The notes below the pieces were generated by a model. That model did no database searches. It had not been told where the DNA came from and saw only the letters and a list, made by a program, of their open reading frames with translations. Both the position numbers and the translations under genes were made by a program. DNA of 64,000 bases from Oikopleura dioica. Lineage: Eukaryota > Animalia > Chordata. The stretch lies in NCBI GenBank assembly GCA_907165135.1, contig OU015569.1:11098001-11162000 (forward strand), given 5' to 3'. This document shows, piece after piece, positions 45,801 through 58,692 of the stretch (the stretch's first letter is position 1; every line of letters begins with the position of its first letter).

Positions 45801-48800
45801 AATTAAAAAAAGGCAAACCTCATCATCAATTAAAAGCGGCTGATTCAAAATAGTTGAGTTAGTTGAGCTGCGCTCAGCGCGCTCGCTCATACTTCTTTGT
45901 TATCTCTACGGTGGAATTGGTCATAGCACAACGCCGACTCCATTTTTTTAAAATTATAGATCGCCTCAAGGAGAAACAATTTAACAAATGCCGCCATAAT
46001 TTTCTATAATCATTTTTTGAACTTGAGAATTTTGTTTTTCATTTCACGCTCAGAGAAGAATGACTAGTCCGAATCTTTGTGAAAGATGTGAAAAATCATC
46101 AATTCATGCAAAATAAATTACAGTAACTATTCAACTATGATAGTAGTTCGACAAATATTGATAGCTCAATAATCAAGATAGCGAATAATCAAAACAGCGA
46201 TTTCGTTGCGATACCCTTAATATTTTTAAAAGAATTTTCAAGAATTTGGTGGTAAAATAATCGTCCTAAAATATTACTTATTAAAATTAATGCACAAAAA
46301 GCTCTTATTTACAAAATATGGGACTTTCAAACCATCTGATATTCCTCTTATAAGATCAAAAAATCACTCTAACCCTAACCCTAACCCTAACCCTAACCCT
46401 ACGTCCTAGATTGTCGACATTGAAACTTACCCCATATTTGGCTTCATTTCTATTAACTTCATCTATATCGGGAGTAAATCCAGTAATATCCTCTTGCGCC
46501 GAATCGATGTTAAAATATCTCTCATCGTATGGAAGGTCGAAGGGAATTTTTTAGAAAAAATTTTGAAAACGTAGCTATTTTCGTCTTGTGCAAGAATCGG
46601 GTTGATTATTAGCGCGAGCAGACCGGAGCGCGAAAAAATGAGCGAAAAAAAAGGAGGAGAATCTCTCTGTCTCTCAATGGGCGAGTGTTACATGTGCTCG
46701 GATGCTGTGCATTTATTCATGCGCAGCCATGGAATAAGCTTGTCCAATTGCACTTCTCCTGGAGCACATTTCTCCTATCACAACGGAATTAAACTTTCAA
46801 AGGCAGATTAAAGCCTCTCCAAGTTCAATTCCGCCCGCGTTAAAGAATAATGATGAGGAGCAGCCTTCTTTTCTATTTTCCAAAAAAACGACTTCCAAAC
46901 TCACCTTTTTGTTACGGTAGTAGTAATCAACGTCTTCGATCTGTTTCCCCAGTAATTCAGGCGGGAATTTTCCAAACATGGTCGTAAGACTTTGTCCATC
47001 TACCAATGTCGGGTCGGGCTTCCGGTACAGCTCCAAAAGAGGATCTTTCAACAAGGTTACAACAGGTCAGTTTAAGCCCAACAGAAGGCGCTTATTTTAA
47101 GGGGGGCGTCGACAAGAATTTTTTCAGGGGTGATCGTAATTTCGCTTATACGCAGAGTTGCAAATTTGGCTTTATTTTCGCTGAGCTGAGCTGAGCTGAG
47201 CTGAGTGAGAAATTCTCTGAGCTGAGCTGAGCTGAGCTGGCCTATTTCGGAGCTCACTGAGCTGAGCTGAGCTGAGCTGGCCATTTTCAGAGGTCATTGA
47301 GCTGAGCTGAGCTGAGCAGACCTTTTTTTAAGGTAGGTGAGCTGAGCTGAGCTGAGCAGACCCTAATTAGAGCTGAGCTGAGCTGAGTGAGCTGATTTGA
47401 GCTATTTTTTACTGTTTTTTAGTGCTGAAATTGTGTTAGAATCATTGAGCTGAGCTGAGCTGAGCTGAATGATACTTGTCTGAGCTGAGCTGAGCTGAGC
47501 AGAACAGATCATGTTCGAGAAGAATTGAGCTGAGCTGAGCTGAGCTGAGTGATTATTGTCTGAGCTGAGCTGAGCTGAGCAGATAAATTCATTTTCGAAA
47601 ATCAGTGAGCTGAGCTGAGCTGAGCGACTGCTCAGCTCACTCAGCCAGCTCAGCTCACTCAGCTCAGCAAATTTGCAACTCTGCGTATAAGTTATACGCA
47701 TAGTCAGGATATGAATCTTATATTTTTCGAATCTACAGATTCTCCCAAATCTGTTGAGCCTAAAATCATTTGATAAAAATTAGATTTAGGGGTCGAAATG
47801 AACAAAATTGTAAAAAAATTGACCATTTTTGGTGCATTTTCGCGAAAATGGCCCTACTTTGACGGGATTTTTGACCGATTTTTTCTGGCCAAAATTTTTT
47901 CTAGTTTTCGCAGCCTGATTTTTACAACCCTTTTCTATCCACCAGTAAAATCAGATTTTGCCTATCTTATCAGGTTTTCCCCCGTTTTTGGTCACGGAAA
48001 TCCCGATTCTCGTCGACCCCCTCCTTAAGCCCAACAGACGGCGCTTATTTTAAGACCAGGGAAAGATCTGAGTAGAAACCTGAGTCAGGGTCCTGAAAAT
48101 CGCCATTGTGGCCTCTGACGACCCTGACTCAGGCTTCAACACAGGTTTTCAAGCCCAATGTCCACCCAGAATTTACAATTAGTTATTGTCAATAAGCTAA
48201 GTTTTAATCAAGGGGTAAAATTATTTAATTATAGAGTCCGAGCCATTTTTTTATGTTTTATGTTGCTTTTGCCATTTTTTTTATAGTGTTATAATAATTG
48301 GGCTTTGTAAATGTAACTATTGCTTGAAATGGTCTTTTTAAGGCGTGCCCGGTGCTTTTGAGAAACATTTATTGCTATGGCTATTTTAGCAGCATCTAGG
48401 GCAGATTGAAGGGTATTATCGAGACATTCGTGTTTATCCATGGACCATTGCTTGTCCTGTCGCGGGAAAAGAGCCAGTTAACCTAGTTTGTTTCTTTCGT
48501 AAAAACGCCGTGTTTTCCGTGGCTCAAGTCTGGTCGATCTATCACTCGCTCGGCGGGCAATAAAATATCCGTACCGTCGATTAATTTCAATTTTCTACCT
48601 CTCTCTCTTGACCTGCCGCTGTTATTTCCCCTAGAATCCTCGTTTCTTGCTGTAACCTTTCCTTGGAACATGCCATCCTCTTCTGGAGACGGTTGAATTT
48701 GTTGATCGGCGCGGCGCTGCCTGATTTCCTCAAGCATTTGCCGGTCGAACAACCGGTGATTCCGATCATCCTTCATGATGCTAGCCGCATTCTGAAGCAA

Positions 48801-49241
48801 ACATTAGTCCTTCGTTCAAATTAAAGTTTATTCAAGAATTCAAGAATTCAAAGAAGATATCCTTGTTAACAAGAGCTCGTTAACATTCTTATTTTTTATC
48901 AATATAACATAACTTGGATGGACCTTATTTCTAATTTTCCAAAAGAAGTTAGTATTTACTAACTAGGGCTCTTGTGAGATTCCCTAGTCTTTTCTGATTG
49001 GCGGAGATAGAAAAAAGTCGCTTCTTATTGGACTAGAGCCCCCTAGATTCCACAAAGAAATATTGCATTATGGTTTTTGAAAAACAACGATAATGAAGTT
49101 ATCTTTTTAATTCTCAACCTTTTTCTCAACCCCATTTTGAGTCAGATTTTCTTGGTTTTGATTTAGCTGATCTTGCAGCTGGACAAGCCTCTGCAAGAAC
49201 GCCGCATTCGGAACGTTGCCTCCTTCCTCCGAAAAACTCAT
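36820..49241 (-). CDS. Nav2: Four-domain voltage-gated channel, Nav2 type (DEEA filter); start at 48776 or via an upstream exon at 49241
   Basis: Four S4 helices. Pore loops TLDFWE, CGEWVE, TFEGWM and TSAGWN. III-IV linker [11 protein letters not shown]-terminal IQ motif VIQRAYRAW. Confidence 0.96.
42113..42268. mobile_element. 5'-truncated MITE family B capped by GGGTTAGGGTTAGG
   Basis: Right TIR intact. Outer part of the left TIR replaced by a telomeric tract at 42113-42126. Confidence 0.8.
46369..46401 (-). repeat. Interstitial telomeric repeat (~5 units)
   Basis: CTAACCCTAACCCTAACCCTAACCCTAACCCTA in a channel intron. Confidence 0.9.
47101..48024. mobile_element. TTAA-flanked non-autonomous element (Kolobok-like RR..YY ends) with a nested insert
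   Basis: TTAA|GGGGGGCGTCGACAAGAAT ... ATTCTCGTCGACCCCCTCC|TTAA. Confidence 0.75.
47145..47691. mobile_element. TIR element filled with (CTGAG)n blocks
   Basis: Perfect 24-bp TIR CTTATACGCAGAGTTGCAAATTTG. Pentamer blocks, the last ones inverted. Confidence 0.85.
48063..48157. mobile_element. Short derivative of MITE family A
   Basis: CTGAGTAGAAACCTGAGTCAGGGTC ... GACCCTGACTCAGGCTTCAACACAGG. Confidence 0.7.
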
Positions 49242-50114
49242 CTTTTCTCATATCATAAAATCTCTCCTTCTCTCTCTTTTTCAAATTTCGCAAAATCAAA
49301 AAATAGCCATGTTTTTCGGCAATTATCTGGCTAAGAAGAAAAAAAAGATAGCTAGACGAAGTAGGTTATTGGTGCGTGCCACACCAGTTTAAACGACCAA
49401 AATCATAAAAATTCATCTCCGATGGTCCCTAGTAGATCAAGACCTGTGTGCTATTCACTGAATAACTCGCTTTGCTACTTAGGCTTTTGGACTTAAGCCA
49501 CCTTTTGCTAGCTTTGCTTCCCCAATTTTAAGAGAAAAAAATTAACAATTTTACAAATTTTTTTTTGGTCATTGAAAAATTGAAGCATTCTGACTGTAAA
49601 AAGACGAGAAAAATGACACCCTTGCTACTAGTGCTCTGAAATGAAGATCCTGAGCATCTGAAATTCAGAATCAGAATCGTCTGATTTTCAATAGAGAAGC
49701 TCTTTTTATTGACAAAAAGGAGGCGCTAATACTAATAATAAAGCCGTAAAACACATCTAGTTTGAATTCATCAATTGATAAAACCAGATCTCGATTTGAT
49801 TGATAAAAATATTGATATCGCTCATAATTTATAAGTTATCCTAAAAAAATCGTCGTAAACTAGGATTTTCTTGAAGAACAGACCTTTCTCGATGGTTTTT
49901 TAGCCACGATTCTGACCTTTTTATAATCAAGATAGTAAGTCGCTGAATCTCAAGACTCGATTTTCTCACGCACCTCATTTAAAAATTGCGACACACTTAT
50001 TTTACTATCGAGAATTTTAATAAAAAAGAATTCCAGAGAATTATTATTTTCCAGTCTCAGACGCAACAAACCCCCTAAACCCCCTTAATCTTATTCTGAT
50101 AGAAGAGTTCTGAA

Positions 50115-50293
50115 ATGGGCGCGAGAACCTGTTTAAAAAACCTGAGTCAGGATTTGAAAGGATTTAAATCAAAAAAGATTGATTAAGGGTGTCAACATCG
50201 AGTTCGGCAAACTTTTGGCAACCAAATTTGACACCCTTAAAATGGTTATTTCAGATCCTGACTCAGGTTTTCTAAACAGGCTGCCGAGTCTTG
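50115..50293. mobile_element. MITE family A ends enclosing a family C-type inverted repeat
   Basis: Diverged family A TIRs, 6-bp flanking repeat TCTGAA, inner TAAGGGTGTCAA/TTGACACCCTTA. Confidence 0.75.
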
Positions 50294-52317
50294 TCTGAAG
50301 GAAAGTTTCTCTATTTTTCGTCTAACTAACCATTCATTCGGTTATTTCATCTTTCTGATTTGGTGATTTTTGATTTATAATTAAAGAAAGTGAGTAAAGT
50401 AACGCTTAACTGGAGGAGCTGAACTGTCCTCATTGAGTTCGTAAATCTGTCATTGCTCAAAACAATTTTCAAAAGCTGATTTCAAAAGATCACGATTTCA
50501 AGATCCGGGGCTGTACCTCCCTGGCTCCAATTCGCTAATTGCCCATTAGACTAAGTGAGTTTGGCTAGTTTTTGATTCTTATTCAATTCTATTTGCTAAT
50601 AAATCTTTCTTCAATTTTCTACGGATTATCGGACTAAATCTAAATCTAACCATAATGGTTAAGGGGGTGGTGGTCGAGAATTAGGATTTTTTCAACCTAA
50701 AAAACTCAATTTTTCGAAAAAAAATTTTTTTGTTCTCAATCTAAAAAAGTTAGAAAGGGTTGAAATTGTGTGGGCCGCTTGGTTTAAAAAAAAAATTTCA
50801 AGGGAAAAACGACGAAATCGAGCGTCGAAGTCGACCTGAAATCGCGTTTTTAGCTATTTTTAGTCGACATTTTCCGATTTTTGGTCATTTTTGGCCATTT
50901 ATTAAATGAATGTTTTTGATTGGCAAAAATAATTACGCGGTGTTTTTCGGAAATAACGCGACATTTGATGAAATATGATTTTTATCGCCCTAGATACTAT
51001 TAACCATCCATTTTATAGATTTCACAGCGTGGTCAATATGTTGGCTGTAAAATAAAAATAAAGAAAGGAGGCTATCGAATAAATAAATACCGCAGCGCTG
51101 AGAAAACGAACAGTCTGACAAGCCCTTTGACACTTTTAAAAGGGCTGGAAGCTTTAGCCTTAAAAGGATTCATGCTCAAGCATTGAAGGGCATTTCATAA
51201 ATAACTTCATGGAAGATCAAATGCGCAGGACTCTCCAGCGTCGTTAAACAAGCCGGGTTAGTAGCAGCGGCGGGCCGAGTTATATTTTTAAAACTGGCTC
51301 TCTTCTCTTTCTTTCTCGCGGGGAGTGCGTTCTTTTTACCTTGAACTTGAGTTCTTCACTGGTCGAATATTTGGTCGAAAACTTTCTCTTGATAAAATCT
51401 GGTGGGACAAAATCTTCGCCGTATTGCTGCTTGATTTCGGCCATCTATCCATTTAGTTGAAAAAAATAATTTTCCAAAAAATTATTAAAAAAATAAAAAA
51501 AAAAATTTGATATTTTTCTTGTTAAAAATTTTTTCTTTTATGTTTTTTTTCAAAACTAAGCTTAGCCTGTTGCCGGCGGTGCTCATCTCGGCGTTCTTTG
51601 GATTTCTATTTTCACGGTTTTCAAATTTTCTCTGTTAAAAAAATGGAAAAAATAAGGAGGGTGGACCGGTGGCTTAATGTAATCTTCTTCTGACAGTTTG
51701 GTCAGCTCGGAAATGTGGTTGTCCTCCATGATTTCAGGGAAAAGGGAGCTTCCTTTCCTTTTTCCCGAGGATCTGTTTTGTTTTGCTCTGTATTTTTTGT
51801 TTTGTGGTTTTTATCAGGAGGCTTTCTTTTGCAAAAACGTAAGTAGACTTGGGCAGCGTTGGCCATCGCCCTGAGTACTGCTGAGAGCGCGCGTCGCAAA
51901 CAACCAAATTGTAAACGGAGAGTTTTTACAGCTTTTTACAACCGTCGGATATTCGAAAATTTTCTTGTAGCTGTCGCCCACCGCCCAGGCGATTGTCAAT
52001 TAGACACAATTATCGTGACATTCGGTCGGTCAAAAAATCTTTTCCTCAAACTTCACCAGAAAAATCCACGATAAAAAAAAATGAGTAAGTATCGGAGAAA
52101 AATCACTAGTTCCTCGTAAAACCGAGACGAGCCTGCGGCCAAGCGCAAGTTCTCAAAATTATTCCCCTTCTTTTGCTTTATGGGGTCACGACCCCGGAAT
52201 TTCTCGTCGACTTTTCGGCAGTTTTTTAACAAAGTGACACCCTTAAATCAAGACTAAGACCTTCATTTGCAACCAAAGAAAGAGAAGATCGTAGCAAATC
52301 TGAGTCAGGTTATGAAG

Positions 52318-52537
52318 CTGGGCTCGGCAACCTGAGTAAAAACCTGAGTCAGAGTTCATATGATTGCAAATGAAAAGCCGCGTAGCGGCTTTTAAAAACG
52401 AAGCCGCGAAGCGGCTTCGCAATATTATTCATCAATCTTATTTTTAACTGCTGGCGAAGCCGCTTCGCGGCTTCGTTTTTAAAAGCCGCAATCATATGAA
52501 CTCTGACTCAGGTTTTTACTCAGGTTGCCGAGCCCAG
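52318..52537. mobile_element. MITE family A
   Basis: Near-perfect TIRs. 6-bp flanking direct repeat ATGAAG. Confidence 0.92.
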
Positions 52538-55500
52538 ATGAAGAGAATAAATGATTTTTAAAGACGCGGCTTTTCATTGATGCTCGTGGAAACCTGACTC
52601 ATGTATCCTGATTCTGAGCGAAGAAAATAAGGGATGTACTAAGTTAAAAATAAAAAAATAGTTTCGCCGAAAATAGTGTTTGCAAAATTGACGGGCTCAA
52701 GTTATCGCGAGGAGGAGGAGGAAATCAGGCTCAAAGACAAATTGAAAGGATTTCTGGATTATTAATTGATGGCGGCGCGGGAAACTCCAACGCAGCCTAG
52801 CACTGATCAGCAATTGACATTTCAACGTGGCCCGTCTAATAGCTACACCGCAAATTATTTCTATGCCTCTTTCTTGCCTAACTTGTTTAGCAGCGCGCCT
52901 GGGCGAGGACAGAAAATAAAGCAGAATTCAACCTCTGCCCCGTCGCCATAAATTAAGGACGCCTTCATCATCGAGTTTATGGGCCATAAATTATGGCGCT
53001 TGGGCATCAATTGCGGGCGATTTCGCAGTACCCCCTTAACTCTTTAACTCATTCTTCGAACGAGCGCGCGGAAGAGTTTTAAAACTCAGTTGATATATGA
53101 TGAAACTTAGCGGGCGGGTGAATTATTGATAAGGAAAGGGGGAGATAATGGATCGTAGAAAAAAGTGGGGATTGCAATTAACACGCGCCGCTAATTAACA
53201 ATCAGCTAATTCTCAACGGGCTCGATCAGAAAAGAGCATGCTTCGACTTTAAAAAAGATCGAAGTCGGATTTGCATATTTAAATCGACCTTTCTTCAGAT
53301 CCAAATACAACAAACATCTCCTTTTCGACTCGAAACTCTTATCAATTCATAAAATAGCACTCACTCTTTATCAATTACTTAGTATTAAATTTTAAGTAGA
53401 TTAAACATCTTATTTTTATAAATTTATTGAATGAAAATTATTAATTAATAATAATTAATTTTAAAAATATATAATTAATTATTATTAATTAATTTTATTT
53501 AAAATTGTCATTCAATAAATAAATAAATATAATAGTTTGAGTCAAAAATAAATTTAATATAAAGTTTAATTCGATTATTTTTAATAATAATTTAAAAATC
53601 GAATAATTTATTATTTATCAAAATCGATTTATTAAATATAATTTTCTAAAATATTCTACGATTTATTATTATTCATAAAATTAAATCAAATAAATCAAAA
53701 AATTTTTTTCTCGTGATTACTCATTTTAAATATTAAAAGACAACGAAAAAAAAATTGTGGTTTTCTAATTGCGACGCGCTCCTGTACTCGTTTTCTTTTT
53801 TATATTTTTTAGGCTTTCGTCTTCTCTTATTTTAAAATTTTCTTTCCAGTGAATATTTTTTTTCTGATGCGAGAAAAAAAAGGGTAAGGAGAAAGAGATC
53901 GTAAATGACACGATTACGATGCGTGTGAGAGGAGGCATTATGAATTTCGCTTAATTGCCCTAGGTTTTTTTCCTGAGACTGTGTGTTTTAAAAATAGTTT
54001 TCATGATTAAAATAAAAATCAGAAAATCAATCTACAGAGAGAAAAAAAGGGGAGAAGGAGGTAGTAATTGATATTAATCGCAGCGGCTAGGAGCCCTTTT
54101 TCCTTGTTTTTTGGACATATTCGCCGGCTAATTATGAGCGATGCGCCCCATATGGGTTGTACATCCTAGCTATCACGTGACGCTGCTGAACGAATTTGCG
54201 CTTGACGAATCTTTCGAACGTACCCGGCGGTGAATAGTGATAGTGCCTCCATCAGAAAGAGGACGACTTTCTTCCAGGAAGAAAACGTATTCGTAGCGAC
54301 CGTTCTTCTCGGAATACTCGATTTCTACCCTTTTTGGGAACCAGGGGTACATTCTCTCTCTCTTTGAATTTGAGCTACTGAGCGAATCTGAGCCGGCTTA
54401 TCCCCAAAAATCAGCTAACCGTGAGGATTATTGATAACTTCATTATCATAAAAAGTGGAAAAAGGATCGAGGAAAAAGACTAGGGGAGGAAATTCAAAGA
54501 AAAAATTTGCGAAAAAATTGAGAAAAAAAGAGTACTTACATCAGTCATTCGCAAATCGGCAGCTCCATCAGCGTACTGTTCCTATTTTCGGCACCACAAG
54601 TGTTTAGTAGTATTGCTTATTGTTAGTAGTAATTACCATTTAATTTAGAATTAGAATTAGAATTAGAATTGTGAAAAGTGAAAGTCACGAGGTTTGATTT
54701 TCGAGACAATTGGGCGGTTGGATTAATTGCCATAATATATCGCCCGCAATCAAGGAAGACGATTTCCATAATAAAAAAGGCGGAATTTATTTGATTTAGC
54801 AGCAGCTTCTCCTGGAAGGGGCCCTTAACGAGCGGCCTTTTGAAAAGGCCCTTTTCGACCCTTTTAACGTAAGTTAGCTCCTCCCAGGCGAGCATGAAAT
54901 CTTTTAACCAATTAGCCCAGCCCTTAGAGGCCATAAAACACATTTTCGAGTTCATTAATCCATCTGCAAGATTAAAAAAAAGGGACTATATCATTTTTAA
55001 ATTGGCAACTTTCTTCTGTGGTGCACGATTCCTGACTTCCCATGCCGTCTTCATTACCCATGATAGTCGGCTAACGCAGCCCCATCAGTTCTAAAACGAC
55101 TGTAAGATTTCTGTTTTGAAAGGTCCGCTCCAAAGGTTCATTATTAGATGATTATTTTCTGTTTGTGGAAAGGAGAATAAACGCTGGGGCGGGGAGAAAG
55201 AGGGGAGAGGGTGCACTGAGGGGCAATTCCTATAAATCAACTCTATGGTAATTTATAAGCACCAAAAATCCAGCAGCTCCTTGCTCGAATTAATTTGAGG
55301 CTAGGCAGCGGTCGGCCCTGGGCTTAGACATACGCAAGAGCGGCTTGCCACTGTCTTGGCTCTTTTTCATTTTTCTCGAAAAAAAATGGATGAATCAAGG
55401 CAAGAATGACCTTTTTTCTCTCCAAAAAGTACCTTTTTCTTGTTTTCAAAAATTGGCATCTCGGCCAAAAAAATGTCACTTTCGATCATTTTCAAAAGCA

Positions 55501-58500
55501 ATTTTTTTAAACCCCATTTTCAACAATCTTTTCTCATCCCTTATCTAGCTCTAGAATTATTCTACAGCGGTTATTTAAGGCTTACACATACGAAAAAGCA
55601 GCTTGGCGGCTTTCTTTTTTGCATTTTGAAGATGATCCAAAAGTGCGAAATTTCTTCTCTCAAAAAATACATAAAGCGTAATTATTACTAGGTTCATCTG
55701 CCTGTTCATTGTTATGTTTGTTTTTTTCGAGAGCAGATGGGGGGAAAGAATCGGGCCCGGATCTCCGGCTTTAGGGCAGCGGAAAACAGCGACGAGAAAA
55801 AATACATTTTTTATAAAAAATTGACGGTTATGCCGTGACAGTGCGAATCAATACTTGTCGAATAGGTTCTCTTGGAGTTGGCTGCACTCAAATTTGGCTG
55901 CCCGTGGCCTCGTGCAGATTCGACGATTATATATTGGCCGATATAAAGTTATCAGGGCAATCACAATTATTCCCATCATCCGACATTCCGTAGCTGTCTC
56001 TCCCGTCCAAAACATCCCCCTCGCCCCCGATTCGCTTGTCTCGAAAAAAAGGGATGAATCGAACGAATTCGAAGATCAAAAAAAACAACGGGCGCGAATT
56101 AAAATACCAGATGGGGCAAGCGCCGTTGCCGCTTAATTGCCGTCTCCTTCTGATATTTCTTGCAGGAACAGCTCTATCATCTCTTTCGATTGCCTCTTTT
56201 TTTCTTGTTTCTCGAAAGTTTAAAAATTCAAAAAGCGTAATTTCGCCCCTTCGGGGCGTTTCTCCATTAGGGGGCGGCGGAGTTCGGGCACACGCAGATA
56301 GCAATCCCGGACCGGCCCTCCAGCTCCACCCTCGGGGGAATTCATTTTTATCCTTTTGGGAAAATGACAAAAGCGAATACGAAAAGAAGGGAGAGTTAAC
56401 TTCGCCGCGAAATGGGATGGACTGTTTCAGTTGTTTTCCGTGTACCGGATCGCTTGTATTTCGAGTGAGAGTTTAATTGTCCAGATTAGAAAGTAGATTC
56501 GAGCATACCTGAGTAATTAGATAAGTAACGCTAGTAGATGTTATGAGAATCAGCCATAACCGTAGTCAATCTTCTCTTTTTTTTTCTTAATAGAATCTTT
56601 TTTTTCGCTGAAATAATCTCGATGCCTTGAAAGCCAAAACGGGCTTCTATCCCCTTAACAACAATAATTTGGGCGGCAACAATGGCCGTGCGTGGGGGAA
56701 CCGCAACTAGTGGCTACAGACAGAACATTAGCTATTTCGGGACCAGCTGCTTTCTCTGAGGACGGGCTGCCAGACGACTAAGAAGGTTGGTGTTCCCTCA
56801 GGGGGGGTCGATCATTTGGGGGAGTCGAATTAGGGATCACTTACCGCGGTATTGCTCTTTACCTTTTCTATTTGTGCTTCAGTGGCCGGCTGCAATCCCC
56901 GAGCCTTGGTGACAATCCTCTTCACTGTGTGCTCCTCTTCAAAGCGTGTGCCCAAAGTGCTCATCCCATTCCTTATCCAACATCAAAATGTTACAGTCCC
57001 AACACTCTGGATGATCCTTTTCTTGATACAGTATAATGCCAGTAAATTCTAGTGCGCAAAATCAACACCCCACTCGATGAACCCAATCAGACTCCAACTG
57101 CCAAAAAATGTGACGCCTCCGTCCACTCATCGTAAAACTCCGGATCGAGGAATCGAGCACCACCACGAAATCGAGCAGCCCATGGAGGCGCTCTTCGGGC
57201 GTGAGAGATCGAAAACAGACTTCGCGTCCTGGGAAACAATACGGCTCATGCAGCAGCTTCGGAAACAATGCAGACGTGCCACGGCATTAATCGTTTATCG
57301 AAATAAACAGTTTGTTGATTTCGATCATTTTGATTGCTTGTCTCGTCAAAACTACTGTCGATCGTTGATTACTGTTTTGTCCTGAAATTCTTGACAAACA
57401 AGCACGGGACTCAGAAAATACCTTCCAAAACGCCACCTATCTTTTTTGATTTATTCGATCTTTTAGTTATTTTTTGGCTTATTTCGAAGGCTAGACCCTT
57501 AAAATGTTATGTTTTCTTGACGTAAATATCTACCGCATTTTATTTCCAAGCGCATTACTCAGGTACCCCTGGCTTAGTTTCCTAATTTGATAGTTTTTAA
57601 TACTTCCTTGACGAGTCGTTTCCAAGAGATGTCGAAGATCAGCACTTGTTGCCCAGGGCCCCCTTGATTTGCAGCGATCCAAAGCGCTTTTTATCCTTGG
57701 GCTTTAGTTTTAGGCGAATAATTCGACCACTTGTCGTTTCTTGTGGCGAGGTGGCGACAGTCAAGGGAACAGCTGAAAACGAATGGGCCCAAATTATTTC
57801 TGCGATAAGTTAATTTTCTAGCGATTTACTTGTTCAGCAATCACTCATGAAACCGGATGCTTCATATTTTAGTTATTTCTTCCAGAAAAATCTCCAATTT
57901 CGAGCGTTTCCAATTTGGCTGATGATTTCCGCTTGTTGCTAGTCTTAGGAGGCAGCCTGGAGCGTCATTAAGAAAGAGTGTGTGCCTTGACCCCGCCCCA
58001 GGGCACGTTCCTACATTACTAGTAAATGGATTAGACTCTCACTTTGAGGAGCTAGAGGCAGCTGTTGTCGCCACCACTGGACTCCCTAATTTACGATTGG
58101 GAGTTTGCACTGGCCCGTAAAGGGCCCTTAGCTCAACATTATCAACATAGAACATGAAGTGAGGGCGATTTGGGGCGGAAGCAAAGCGGATATGCCTTTA
58201 TAGCAGCGCTCAAAGAAGCATGACAGCGCAAATGCCAAAACCTGGCCAGTCGCTAATCCACTCTCCCTTTACCAAGGTCACAGTCGACAAGTTTGATCCA
58301 TTTGTTACCCCTATATTATAAAAGGACATAAATCACCGCCCGATGGCCTTACTTCTTAATTAGCGCAGTTCCTGTTGAATTTTACGTGAAATTTCAATTC
58401 ACCTAATTAAACACACCCTACCACACGCCGTCTACTTTGAGATCGACCCGCTTCTCGTGTCTTCCCTTTTGCATCTTTCGTGGTCGCCCATCTGCCCGAA

Positions 58501-58692
58501 AAAAAATAAAATTTGCGGTGTTCATCAATAAAAATAAAACGCTCAACTATCAATACCACAGAAATGTTCTTTATAATCACTTCTCAAAAATGACACAAAT
58601 AAACTTCATTTGCAAGAGAACAGAAATTTTTGAGTGTTTCAAAAAGAGATATGTCGAAAATGTCTAAAAATAGATCAGATAGGTAAAATATG

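Noticed and set aside
47137-47700. TSD for the CTGAG element
   Set aside because: The flanks are inverted rather than direct repeats, so no superfamily was assigned.
47072-47701. SAQLS-repeat ORFs and a CRISPR-like look
   Set aside because: Translations of (CTGAG)n. Linkers are short and irregular, no cas genes are present, and the context is a eukaryotic intron.
53380-53720. Extremely AT-rich island
   Set aside because: Low complexity with no periodicity or TIRs; no function can be supported.
54645-54675. (TTAGAA)4 tract
   Set aside because: Short microsatellite that does not match TTAGGG.
55855-56476. Overlapping 93-147 aa ORFs on both strands
   Set aside because: No domain, and biased composition is compatible with chance.
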